Shown here piece by piece: positions 19,590 through 28,584 of a stretch of DNA of 36,666 nt. Origin of the DNA: Pseudomonadota bacterium. Lineage in GTDB: Bacteria; UBA10199; 2-02-FULL-44-16; JAAZCA01. The stretch is from the NCBI GenBank assembly GCA_043798915.1, contig JAZDOG010000024.1:1-36666 (forward strand), in the 5' to 3' direction. The notes beneath the pieces are model-generated. The model searched no databases. It was not told where the DNA came from and saw nothing but the letters and a program-made list of their open reading frames with translations. Each line of letters begins with the position of its first letter. Position 1 is the first letter of the stretch. The translations under genes were made by a program, and so were the position numbers.

Positions 19590-19608
19590 TAAATCAGCGA
19601 GGGCGCCC

Positions 19609-20478
19609 ATGACACAAAATGGTAAAGAGCTCCTTGAAAAGATCGGGCTTCAGCAGAGGCGGATAACGGAACTTGAACTGGAGAATGCCAGGCACAAGGA
19701 GACAGAGGAGGAGCTGAAGGAAAGTTCGAACAGGTACAGGGAGAGGTACATAGCTCTGTTTGTGTCGAACCCCTACGGGGTACTCATAACCGACATCTTG
19801 TCGAAAATGATCTATTTCGCCAATCCGGCTATCTGCGCTATGCTGGGTTACACCGAAACGGAATTGATGAACATGGGCGTGACGGATATCCATCCAAAGG
19901 AATCGCTGGGGGTGGTGTACGAGGCATTCACGAAATTTATTTCTGGAGCTGAGGAACACTCGAGCAATCTGCCGTGCCTGACGAAGAACGGCAAGGTGAT
20001 CTATGTGAACATCAGCGGCAGAATGATAACATTAGATAAGAGGCAATATGCCGCGAGATTCTTCAGGGACGTCACCGAGACAGAAGAAAGATTGTCGCTT
20101 TTCCAAAAAGCTGTGGATAACGCCACAGATGCAATCGGCATGTCTACGCCTGAGGGAAGGCAATACTATCAGAACGAGGCCTTCACCGAGTTGTTCGGGT
20201 TATCCGTTGACAAAGTGGATGGCACCGCAGGACCGCCGTCAACCGTGTATGCCGATGAGAAAGCGGGGCGCAAGGTTTTTGACACAATCATGCGAGGGGG
20301 GCGTTTTTCAGGCAAAGTGAAGATATTGGACAAAGAGAGGAACAAAAGGGATATCTTTCTGCGGGCGTATTCCATCAAGGATAAAGAAGGCAGAGTCGTC
20401 GGCCTTGTCGGCATACACACAGACCTCTCAAAACCAAAGAACTTGGAAAAGATAAGCAGGCTGCTGGAATCGGAATAA
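19609..20478 (+). CDS. Coiled-coil plus two PAS domains, no recognisable output domain
   Basis: QRRITELELE coiled coil; ANPAICAMLGYTETEL..DIHP..RDVTE and YQNEAFTELFG..GLVGIHTDLS PAS/PAC signatures. Confidence 0.8.
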   Translation: MTQNGKELLEKIGLQQRRITELELENARHKETEEELKESSNRYRERYIALFVSNPYGVLITDILSKMIYFANPAICAMLGYTETELMNMGVTDIHPKESLGVVYEAFTKFISGAEEHSSNLPCLTKNGKVIYVNISGRMITLDKRQYAARFFRDVTETEERLSLFQKAVDNATDAIGMSTPEGRQYYQNEAFTELFGLSVDKVDGTAGPPSTVYADEKAGRKVFDTIMRGGRFSGKVKILDKERNKRDIFLRAYSIKDKEGRVVGLVGIHTDLSKPKNLEKISRLLESE

Positions 20479-20487
20479 AAGTTCGGA

Positions 20488-20634
20488 TTATTTCAGAATA
20501 AAATCGGTGAAGCAGTGGGGTTTGGAGCCGAGGCATTTGGCGAGGAGGCGCAGGTATCCGACGAGCCCCATGACCCTGACGAGTATCAGCGGGTGCGACA
20601 GGATGTGTTTCGTTGTGATGGTTCCGCAGATCAT
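20488..20634 (-). CDS. Small hypothetical protein (48 aa)
   Basis: MICGTITTKHILSHPLILVRVMGLVGYLRLLAKCLGSKPHCFTDFILK. GGGGAGG SD 6 nt upstream, sigma54 motif upstream, GC3-biased codons. Below the ORF-track cutoff. Confidence 0.65.
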   Translation of the reverse strand: MICGTITTKHILSHPLILVRVMGLVGYLRLLAKCLGSKPHCFTDFILK

Positions 20635-20664
20635 AGTTGTCCTCCCCTTCTACCCCTGTTCATA

Positions 20665-20680
20665 TGCATAATCGATGCCA
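20665..20680 (-). promoter_or_regulatory. Sigma54 (-24/-12) promoter candidate
   Basis: Minus strand TGGCATCGATTATGCA = GG-N10-GC, 30 bp upstream of the 48-aa ORF. Confidence 0.6.
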
Positions 20681-20803
20681 GACCGCCTTTCCCGACAGGC
20701 ATATGAAATCCTTTTAAATTAACAATTTACACCGATGCCGGAACGGTAAAAACAGGCCCTTGCCTTGGGTTGGGTAATCCGGGGTCTGCGATGGGGGGTA
20801 GCG

Positions 20804-21283
20804 TCACCCGTACTTTACGGCAACGATTTCGAAGGTTCGGATGCCCTTGGGCGTCTTCACCTTCACCTCGTCGCCCGCCTCCCTGCCGATGAGGGCTCGG
20901 GCGATGGGGGAGTCGATGGAGATGAGACCAGAGGATATGTCGGACTCGTCGGAGCCGACGATGCGGTAGGTCAGGTGTTCATCGTTGTCCGTGTCGGAGA
21001 GAGTGACAGTCGCGCCGAAGACGACCTTGTCCGACTCGATCCTTGCGGGGTCGATCACGTGCGCCAGCGAGAGCTTGTGCTCGATCTCCCCTATCTGCTG
21101 GCTCACCTGGAGCTGGCGCTCCTTCGCGATGTCGTACTCGGCGTTTTCGCTCAAGTCGCCGTGGCCCCTCGCTTCCTCTATCGCCGCCACGATGCGCGGC
21201 CGCTCGACCTGCTTCAAATACTTGAGTTTCTCCGTCAGCGCCTTCTGGCCGTTCGGCGTCATCGGCACTCTCTGTGTCACCAT
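20804..21283 (-). CDS. greA: Transcription elongation factor GreA
   Basis: VPMT..G, ARGHGDLSENAEY, VVFGATV, IVGSDE, ISIDSPIARALIG. Confidence 0.95.
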   Translation of the reverse strand: MVTQRVPMTPNGQKALTEKLKYLKQVERPRIVAAIEEARGHGDLSENAEYDIAKERQLQVSQQIGEIEHKLSLAHVIDPARIESDKVVFGATVTLSDTDNDEHLTYRIVGSDESDISSGLISIDSPIARALIGREAGDEVKVKTPKGIRTFEIVAVKYG

Positions 21284-21463
21284 GGTTCCCTTCCCTTCAT
21301 CCATTTAAAAAACAATTCCCGCCTCGGGCCTTATGGCCAGGCGGGCTCTTTCAATCGGAAGAACGCGTAACACACGGATGGTCGATAAGTCAAGGAAGCC
21401 TCCGTTCGATTGATTCCCCTGGCCGATTGTGCTAACAATCCAGTTTCACAAGGGGGAGTTAAG

Positions 21464-23692
21464 GTGAAGAAGAGGGCCTTGATTGCAGCAGCAATAGCAG
21501 TCGCGGCGGTCGTCGTCGCGGCGGTCGCTGGCCCGCTCCTCATCCCCACATCCATCTACAGCAGGTGGCTCGAATCGAAGATCGCGCAGCCGAGGAACTT
21601 GCGCATCTCCGTGGAAAAGGTCGGCGTCCAGTTCCTCCCGTACCCGGGCTACACGATCCGTGGATTTAACCTCGTCTCGACTGATGCCCCCTTCCAGGGA
21701 CTTTCCATCATATCCGCGAAGAAGATACGCGGCAGCCTCTCCCTCCTTGGACTCGTCCGCGGGAAGGCCATCGTCTCCATCAGAGCGACCGATGCGACGG
21801 TGGACATCCGCACGGCGGACGGCCGATCGAACCTCGACGCGCTCACGAGCAAGGCGCCGTCGGACGACGGCCTGGAGGTGCGCGCGATCGAACTCTCGAA
21901 GGCGCGCGTCAATTTCTGGGAGAGCGGCGTCGGCACCTTCTCCATCGGCAGCATAAGGCTCTCGGCCGGCAACATCTCGCAGAGCGGTGGATTTGGAGCC
22001 GACATCCGGATGGCCGGCAGGCTCTACGACACGGCGTCGGCCGCGACCGGAGGAAAACCTCAGCAGGCAGATATCACCATCTCCGGCCGCGTCACGCAGG
22101 ACAGCAGAAGGAGGGAGATAGCCGCGCGCGCCTTGAGGTTCTCGCTGGCCGGCACGCAGATGACGACCGACTTTTCGATAAACTACGGCATCTCCCCCGC
22201 TTCGTTCGACATACACATCGCATCTCCCGACTTGAGTTCCGCCTCCCTCCTTCCGTTTGCCGGACAATCATCCGGCGCGCTCCTTCCCGGAGTTGAATGG
22301 CAGGGATCGGTCGCCGCAGACCTCTCCCTCAAGGGGACGCGCGACGCCTGCGAGATAATCGCGCAGATGGACGCGACCACCGCCATGCTTGCGGTCGGAG
22401 GTTTTTTCAAGAAGGGCGCGGGCCTGCCGCTCAAGGTCTCGCTGTCGCTCCTGGCGAGTCCAACGGAGCTGGCCGTCCGGGAAGGGAATCTCTCCCTCGG
22501 CCAGCAGAATTTCGGCATAAAAGGGAACATCATGCGCAACGAGGTCCTCACGGCCCATCTCGCGGTCAGCGCTTCGGGCCTCGCCGACACATCGCTCAAG
22601 TTCTTCTTTCCGAGGCTCGCGCTGGTGGAATCCTTCGAGGGCCTCGATCTCTCGGCGGACATCTCGGGCCCCCTTGTCTCCGCAATACCCATGAGCGCCA
22701 GCGGGAGCTTCAAGGCCGGCAAGGCAAAGATGCTGGGGATCGAGTTATCGGATGCCACCGGATCGTTCGAGCGGTCGGCTGCGCAGGGCAGCATCTCGTT
22801 CCCCGTTCTCAAGGCATCATTATATGGCGGCTCGATCTCAGGAAACGGCTCCGTCCTGGCAGGCGAGATGCCGGAGATAAGCTTCGACGGCGTGGCCGAA
22901 CACATCGACGCAGCGGCCCTTCCTCCCATCAAGGGGCTCATTGCGGGCGAGGCATCGTTTGTCGTCCATGCCGCGAGCCGCGGGGCCGACGCTGCCTTCC
23001 TCGTGGAAAATTTGAAACTTTCGGGCTCGCTGGTCATCCCCAAGGGCACATGGTCCGGCGCAAAACAGCCCGCGCAGGTGTTCTCGGCCGACACATGGAA
23101 GTCGCTGGAAGAATCCACCGCCACCGCCCTCACGACGGCCGCCGAGGAAAAGCTTGCGGCCAGCGCAGGCACTATCGAAAGTTTCAATGCCGCATTCGAA
23201 TCGGCGGAAGGGATTCTCAAGGCGACCTCCGTCTCATGGAGCCACGACAACTACGAGGCGAAGACCGAGGCGACAGTTGATCGCGCACTTGCGGTCAAAG
23301 GCGAAGGAGAGATCTCAATCGCAAAGGCAATGGCATTTCAACTCGTCCCTCCAGCGGCGCAGAGGCTCCTCCTCAATGACAGCGGCAAGCTCGTGATCCC
23401 GGTGACGCTCGGCGGCAAACTGCCGGAGATAGAGATGCGCGCCGATCGGGAAAAGCTCGCGGCGAGAATCAAGGAGAAGGCGACAGGCATCCCGGCAGGC
23501 AAGCAGGCGATTCAGCAGGCAAAGCCGGAAGAACCTGCAAAACCGGAAGCAGCCAGCCTCGCACCCCAAGCCCCGGCGAAGCAGAAGAAACCGAAGGCGC
23601 CTGCGGCCCCTCAGGAAAAAAAGTCAGGGAAACCGGTCCTCACTCCGAAGCAAAGCGACGAGGATGTGCTGAAGGTCATCATAGGAAGATAG
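21464..23692 (+). CDS. AsmA-like envelope protein
   Basis: N-terminal TM anchor, long beta-rich body (GRSNLD, LYGGSISG, IPVTLGG), Pro/Lys/Ala-rich tail. GTG start after GGGGGAG. Confidence 0.7.
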   Translation: MKKRALIAAAIAVAAVVVAAVAGPLLIPTSIYSRWLESKIAQPRNLRISVEKVGVQFLPYPGYTIRGFNLVSTDAPFQGLSIISAKKIRGSLSLLGLVRGKAIVSIRATDATVDIRTADGRSNLDALTSKAPSDDGLEVRAIELSKARVNFWESGVGTFSIGSIRLSAGNISQSGGFGADIRMAGRLYDTASAATGGKPQQADITISGRVTQDSRRREIAARALRFSLAGTQMTTDFSINYGISPASFDIHIASPDLSSASLLPFAGQSSGALLPGVEWQGSVAADLSLKGTRDACEIIAQMDATTAMLAVGGFFKKGAGLPLKVSLSLLASPTELAVREGNLSLGQQNFGIKGNIMRNEVLTAHLAVSASGLADTSLKFFFPRLALVESFEGLDLSADISGPLVSAIPMSASGSFKAGKAKMLGIELSDATGSFERSAAQGSISFPVLKASLYGGSISGNGSVLAGEMPEISFDGVAEHIDAAALPPIKGLIAGEASFVVHAASRGADAAFLVENLKLSGSLVIPKGTWSGAKQPAQVFSADTWKSLEESTATALTTAAEEKLAASAGTIESFNAAFESAEGILKATSVSWSHDNYEAKTEATVDRALAVKGEGEISIAKAMAFQLVPPAAQRLLLNDSGKLVIPVTLGGKLPEIEMRADREKLAARIKEKATGIPAGKQAIQQAKPEEPAKPEAASLAPQAPAKQKKPKAPAAPQEKKSGKPVLTPKQSDEDVLKVIIGR

Positions 23693-23698
23693 GGGGTC

Positions 23699-24556
23699 AT
23701 GTTGACAGAACTCAAATCCCTGCTGGCAGCGCTCGGTCTTGCCGCATCGATTCTGCTCCTTGCGTCTTTCCCTCGCACGGTTCAGGCCGCCGACGCGGAA
23801 AAACCCGCAGCCGAAGCGCAGCAGCCCCTCCCAAAAGTCTCCATAGAGGTCAACATCCCCGCGACGGAGATCACCGTGTTTGAAAACTGCGTCCCGCTCT
23901 ATAGAAAGCCCATCGCCATAGGACAGGGCATCCATCCGACGCCGGAGCAGGAGTCCTACATCCGGCGGATCGAGTGGAACCCGTGGTGGTACCCCCCGCC
24001 CGATGCGGAGTGGGCGAAGGATGAAAAGCCGACACCTCCAGGACCAGGAAATCCGCTGGGGCTCGTCAAGATGCCTCTGTCCAAGGCGATCCTCTTCCAC
24101 GGGACGAACAAAGCCAGCAGCATCGGGCGCCCTGCGTCGCACGGATGCATGCGCATGTTCAACGAAGACGCGACCGAGATCGCATGGTATCTGCAGGGCC
24201 TCTTCTCGGAGAAGAAGGACCAGTTCTTCAGGGAACTCTACCGGAAGAACAAGCGCACCACATATGTCGTCTCCCTTGATAACCCGGTGCCGGTCAAGCT
24301 GATCTACAAGCCGGTGGTGGCGAGAAACGGATCGCTCCTATTCTATCCTGATTACTACCACAAGCTTTCGAAGCGGAGAAAAGCGGCCGTCATGGAAGAG
24401 ATATTGAGACAGGGCATCGAAGCCCAGATGATAGACGACGCGAAGGTCGATGAGCTGGTGGCGCACTGGCCCAAGGGCAGCACCGAGGTGCCGATCAAGG
24501 ACCTGCTCACCGCCCCGCTGCCAAATAAATTCTCCTGGGTGCCGGAATGCCAATGA
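23699..24556 (+). CDS. L,D-transpeptidase (YkuD family)
   Basis: VNIPA, NPWWYPP, PPGPGNPLG, HGTN..IGRPASHGCMRM catalytic His/Cys motif; signal peptide. Confidence 0.92.
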   Translation: MLTELKSLLAALGLAASILLLASFPRTVQAADAEKPAAEAQQPLPKVSIEVNIPATEITVFENCVPLYRKPIAIGQGIHPTPEQESYIRRIEWNPWWYPPPDAEWAKDEKPTPPGPGNPLGLVKMPLSKAILFHGTNKASSIGRPASHGCMRMFNEDATEIAWYLQGLFSEKKDQFFRELYRKNKRTTYVVSLDNPVPVKLIYKPVVARNGSLLFYPDYYHKLSKRRKAAVMEEILRQGIEAQMIDDAKVDELVAHWPKGSTEVPIKDLLTAPLPNKFSWVPECQ

Positions 24557-24563
24557 GGACGAC

Positions 24564-26819
24564 ATGTCCAAAATAAGATGCGCGTGCATGGCTTTGATCG
24601 CCGCGGCGGTGTTCGCTGCGGCAGGCGACTGTGCGGCAGGCGGGATGGACCTCATGCTCCGCTCGATCTTGAGGAACGCGGCCTCCGGCACGCCGCCTTC
24701 CAAGGCCATGGTGGTGAGAGGTGAAGAGGCCCTCGTGCCGTGCCTGATAGAAACGCGCGACGCGGCGGCGACAGTCGCCGCGGTGAAGGCAGCAGGCGGG
24801 CAAGCCAGGGCTGTGACGGAAAGCATCGTCTCAGCTTATCTCCCTGCCAAATCCGCAGAGGAGATAACAAGCCGCAGCGAGGTGCGCTTTGCGGAGGCCG
24901 CCCTCCCGCTCAGCCACAAGATGGACACGGCGCGCGCGGCGAGCGGCGTCGATGCGGTGCAGAGCGGCTCGGCGCTGGGCACCGCCTACAACGGCAAGAA
25001 TGTCGTCTTTGGCGACGTCGACGACGCACTCGATTATGGCAACCCGGACTTCGCAGGGGAGGATGGATACACGCGCGTGCAGTACCTGCAGCAGGCGCTA
25101 CTCGGAGGAACCTCGGAGTGCACGAAGAAAACGATCGCCGACGGCAGCTGCGGCATAGAGGATGGAGGCCAGGGCACATACCACGGCACGCACGTCACGG
25201 GCATCGGCTCCGGCTCCAACTCCACCTACACCGGAGTGGCGCCACAGGCCGACATCATGTTCATCTTCATCGATCCCTCCGACCCCGATACGACCTCTGG
25301 TTCATTTGCAACCACGGTGCTCGACGGCGCCTCGAAGATATTTGAAAAGGCCGACGCCATCGACAAGGCCGCGGTCGTCAACTTGAGCCTCGGCACATCT
25401 GTCGGCGCGCACGACGGGACGTCGTTGCTCGAACAGGGGCTCTCGCAGCTGACGGGGGCCAAGTCGGGCAGGATCATCGTCAACGCCGCCGGCAACGAGC
25501 AGGCCATCATCCCGGCATTTTCCGCGGCCTTCCAGTCCAACATCGGCGGGATCCACGCGCCTGTTTCCGTCGCCGCTGTGGCCGGGACAAGCACGGGATA
25601 CAGGCTCGCGATCCTCAACGGCTCCGGCGTTTCGTCGACCTACTCGGGCGGCACGCTCATCGACCTCTGGCTGGATGCGGGGCAGAAGGATGCCTGCTCG
25701 ATCGCCGTCTACTCATATACAAACGGGCGCTCGACGCCGGATTTCACATTCCCCGGGCTCGCGTCGACCGGCGACGCGGTGCTCTCCACGGGCGACATAC
25801 CGTTTGCGACATCCACGTCGACGGCCCAGACCACGACCGCCGGCTCTGTCACCGCCTCCGTCGAGATCGACAGCTCCGACGCCAGGAACTCGAAGCCCCA
25901 TGCTGCCATAACGATTGCCAAGGCCAGCGGCGCCTCGTCGTCGGTCCTCGAAGGCGCATGGTTCGACATCGTCGTCCGCTCCTCGGGCGCGGCCGCATGC
26001 AGCGGCCACATGTGGCTCTACTACGACTATCCGCCATACCATGATTTCCTGAAGGGACTGACCGGCGGCACATACGATGTCGCCGCAGGCGCCAAGGGAG
26101 CAGGCTACTCGCTCGCAGATGGAGACAGCTTCTACACCACGACGATCCCGGCCACCGCGACCGGCGTCATCGCTGCGGGGAGCTGGATGCCGCCCAAACC
26201 CATCGGAGCCTCATCGAGCCAGTGGACCGGCGACAACGGCACTACCTACGACCAGTCGAATCTCTCGGCGCCGGGCGGAACCGGATCCACGACGGGCGAT
26301 CTTTCCGATTTCTCGAGCCTGGGGCCGACAGCCGACGGCAGGACGAAGCCGGATGTCGTGGCGCCGGGCGAGCCGATAATATCCACCAAGGCGCGCGACA
26401 CCGCCATGTCCTCCTCGATCACAGTGGGCGGCGATCATATCAAGGAGGCCGGCACGTCGATGTCTTCCCCGCACCTGGCGGGGATAGTGGCGCTCCTGCT
26501 CGAACGCAACAACACGCTCGGAGTGACGGGTGTGAGGACGGCGCTCGTCCAGGGTGCGCACACCAGCGGAATGACCTCCAGGACCACCGACCCCGCAAAC
26601 AGCTATGGGGCAGGCAAGGTCGACGCTGCCTCCGTGCTCGCGAGCGTATCGGTCGACACATCCGCATACCACGGAACCGGCGATCTCGAATCGCCCAGCG
26701 GCGGCAGCAGCTGCCGCCTTGCTGCGCTCCACATCCCCTGCTCTGCCGCCGCCGCTTCGCTCGCAATCGCTCTCATCCCTCTCCTATTGGCCCGCTCACG
26801 AAAGAAATTTTTGCGTTGA
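24564..26819 (+). CDS. Secreted S8 (subtilisin-like) serine protease with internal insertion and Cys/TM/basic tail
   Basis: HGTHVTGI, NLSLG..HDG, NAAGNE, FSSLGP..KPDVVAPG, GTSMSSP. Ends GGSSC + hydrophobic stretch + RSRKK. Confidence 0.9.
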   Translation: MSKIRCACMALIAAAVFAAAGDCAAGGMDLMLRSILRNAASGTPPSKAMVVRGEEALVPCLIETRDAAATVAAVKAAGGQARAVTESIVSAYLPAKSAEEITSRSEVRFAEAALPLSHKMDTARAASGVDAVQSGSALGTAYNGKNVVFGDVDDALDYGNPDFAGEDGYTRVQYLQQALLGGTSECTKKTIADGSCGIEDGGQGTYHGTHVTGIGSGSNSTYTGVAPQADIMFIFIDPSDPDTTSGSFATTVLDGASKIFEKADAIDKAAVVNLSLGTSVGAHDGTSLLEQGLSQLTGAKSGRIIVNAAGNEQAIIPAFSAAFQSNIGGIHAPVSVAAVAGTSTGYRLAILNGSGVSSTYSGGTLIDLWLDAGQKDACSIAVYSYTNGRSTPDFTFPGLASTGDAVLSTGDIPFATSTSTAQTTTAGSVTASVEIDSSDARNSKPHAAITIAKASGASSSVLEGAWFDIVVRSSGAAACSGHMWLYYDYPPYHDFLKGLTGGTYDVAAGAKGAGYSLADGDSFYTTTIPATATGVIAAGSWMPPKPIGASSSQWTGDNGTTYDQSNLSAPGGTGSTTGDLSDFSSLGPTADGRTKPDVVAPGEPIISTKARDTAMSSSITVGGDHIKEAGTSMSSPHLAGIVALLLERNNTLGVTGVRTALVQGAHTSGMTSRTTDPANSYGAGKVDAASVLASVSVDTSAYHGTGDLESPSGGSSCRLAALHIPCSAAAASLAIALIPLLLARSRKKFLR

Positions 26820-26931
26820 AGCGGTTTTTTCGTTGCAGAGCCCGGCACAAATAGGTAGCTGTTTTTTATGTTGAGCCGATGCCAACATAGCGGGGCCAGC
26901 AGCCAACCAACTCCCGCGGAAGGAGGGTCTG

Positions 26932-27216
26932 ATGTCGGATTGCGAGCTATACCTGTATCACACGACTCCCGCATCGAGCGGAGTCCAGGAAGCACAGAAG
27001 TGCGCTGAAAAGTTGTCGCAGAATGGAAAGAGTTATGGAGTAGACTGCAGCCGCGAAGAACAGTTCGATAAGAAAGGAAAGCCAACGGGCATCACGGAAT
27101 TCTGCTGGGTAGTCGACAACAGCTCCATCGTAAACAGCACACCCAAAGAGGCGAAGCGTTGGAACTTTTTAAACTTCTTTGCTAATCTGCGCCCAATCAG
27201 TTTTCATGGTCGGTAA
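26932..27216 (+). CDS. Hypothetical protein (94 aa)
   Basis: AAGGAGG SD 6 nt upstream; fills the gap before hemE; no recognisable motif. Confidence 0.55.
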   Translation: MSDCELYLYHTTPASSGVQEAQKCAEKLSQNGKSYGVDCSREEQFDKKGKPTGITEFCWVVDNSSIVNSTPKEAKRWNFLNFFANLRPISFHGR

Positions 27217-27228
27217 GAAATCACTCAA

Positions 27229-28257
27229 ATGAATCCACGCGAAAGATTTCTCGCCGCATGTTCCTGCCAGACCGGCGATCGGCCGCCGGTCTGGCTCATG
27301 CGGCAGGCAGGACGCTATCTCCCTGAGTATTGCGAGATAAGGGAGAAGTATTCGTTCGTCGAGATGTGCCGGAGCCCCGGCCTCGCAGTGGAGATCTCGC
27401 TCCAGCCGTGGCGACGCTTCCGCATGGACGCGGTCATCTTTTTCTCCGACATCCTCATCCCCGCGCAGGCAATGGGGATGCGACTGGATTTCGAGGAGGG
27501 GAAGGGCCCGGTCCTCGACAGGAAGATAACATCCGCGTCGGACATCGATTCGCTCTCTTCGCCGCACATCAGAAGGACGCTCAGCTTCTCGCTCGAGACG
27601 ATCGCGGCGCTCAAAGCTGAAGTGGGCGATGAAGCGGCCATCCTCGGCTTCGTCGGCGCGCCGTGGACGATCGCGTGCTACATGATCGAGGGCGGGAGCG
27701 GCGATTTTTCGTCCGCGGTCTCGATGGCCCAAGCTAACAGGAAGCTCCTCAATCATCTCCTCGACCGGATAACCGGCACGATCACGGAATACGCCGTGGA
27801 GCAAGTGCGCGCCGGCGCCGACTGCGTCCAGATATTCGACACGTGGGCAGGCATCCTGGATGCCGAACTCTATATGGAGCTGGCGGTTCCTAGAATCAGG
27901 GGAATATGCGAAGCGGTTAGCAAAGCGGGCGGAGTGCCGATCCTCTTCATCAAGGACAGCGAAAAGCTCCTCGACGCAATGAATGAGTCCGGCGCGCAGG
28001 TCTTGAGCGTGGGACCACGCACGGACCTCACCAAAGCGTGGCAGATCTTCGGCAAAGAAAAGGCGACTCAAGGGAACCTCGACCCAGAGATCCTCTTGGG
28101 CTCGCCAGCATCCGTCGTCGCAGCGACGCTCAAATTACTGGAAACGGTGAAGGACCGCCCGGGACACATCGTGAATCTGGGCCACGGCGTCCAGCAGAAG
28201 ACAAAACCCGAGTGCGTGAAGGCGATGGTGGATACGGTGAAGGCCTCAAACTCGTAA
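27229..28257 (+). CDS. hemE: Uroporphyrinogen decarboxylase
   Basis: PVWLMRQAGRYLPEY, DAVIFFSDIL, GFVGAPWT..YMIEG, QIFDTWAG, QGNLDP, NLGHGV. Confidence 0.97.
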   Translation: MNPRERFLAACSCQTGDRPPVWLMRQAGRYLPEYCEIREKYSFVEMCRSPGLAVEISLQPWRRFRMDAVIFFSDILIPAQAMGMRLDFEEGKGPVLDRKITSASDIDSLSSPHIRRTLSFSLETIAALKAEVGDEAAILGFVGAPWTIACYMIEGGSGDFSSAVSMAQANRKLLNHLLDRITGTITEYAVEQVRAGADCVQIFDTWAGILDAELYMELAVPRIRGICEAVSKAGGVPILFIKDSEKLLDAMNESGAQVLSVGPRTDLTKAWQIFGKEKATQGNLDPEILLGSPASVVAATLKLLETVKDRPGHIVNLGHGVQQKTKPECVKAMVDTVKASNS

Positions 28258-28414
28258 AGCGGTCGCAAGGTGCAATTTTTCTTCAGGGGGACCTCATCCC
28301 CGGAACCGCGCCGGCTCCCTAAAATCTTGTACCACAATCTCTGAAGCCACTTTTGGGGTTTTTGTTTTGCCAGATGGATGAGGCAAAAGTGCCGCAGGCT
28401 GTGGCACAATTGAG

Positions 28415-28472
28415 GGTCCGAACCGGATAGAATAGATAGGTAACACTTTGATCCGGGGACATGGGTGACACT
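28415..28472 (+). mobile_element. Isolated IS481-family-like terminal sequence (remnant)
   Basis: GGTCCGAACCGG..ATAGGTAACACTTTGATCCGGGGACATGGGTGACACT carries two tandem ATrGGTrACACT sites, resembling IS481-family ends as I recall them. No transposase nearby. Confidence 0.5.
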
Positions 28473-28488
28473 ATTCAGGGAAGAGGCG

Positions 28489-28517
28489 TTGCACTGCCGC
28501 GCCCAGCGGCGTAAAAT
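28489..28517 (+). promoter_or_regulatory. Sigma70-type promoter candidate for the 28585 gene
   Basis: TTGCAC-N17-TAAAAT. Confidence 0.55.
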
Positions 28518-28584
28518 TGCTCAATTTTTGAGGGGCCGAGGGTGCGATGTTCAGGTGAACAACTGATAACGTGAGGTCATAAAA

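Noticed and set aside
26855..26882. Second sigma28-like promoter before the 94-aa ORF
   Set aside because: Only GCCGAT matches; the -35 and spacing are poor.
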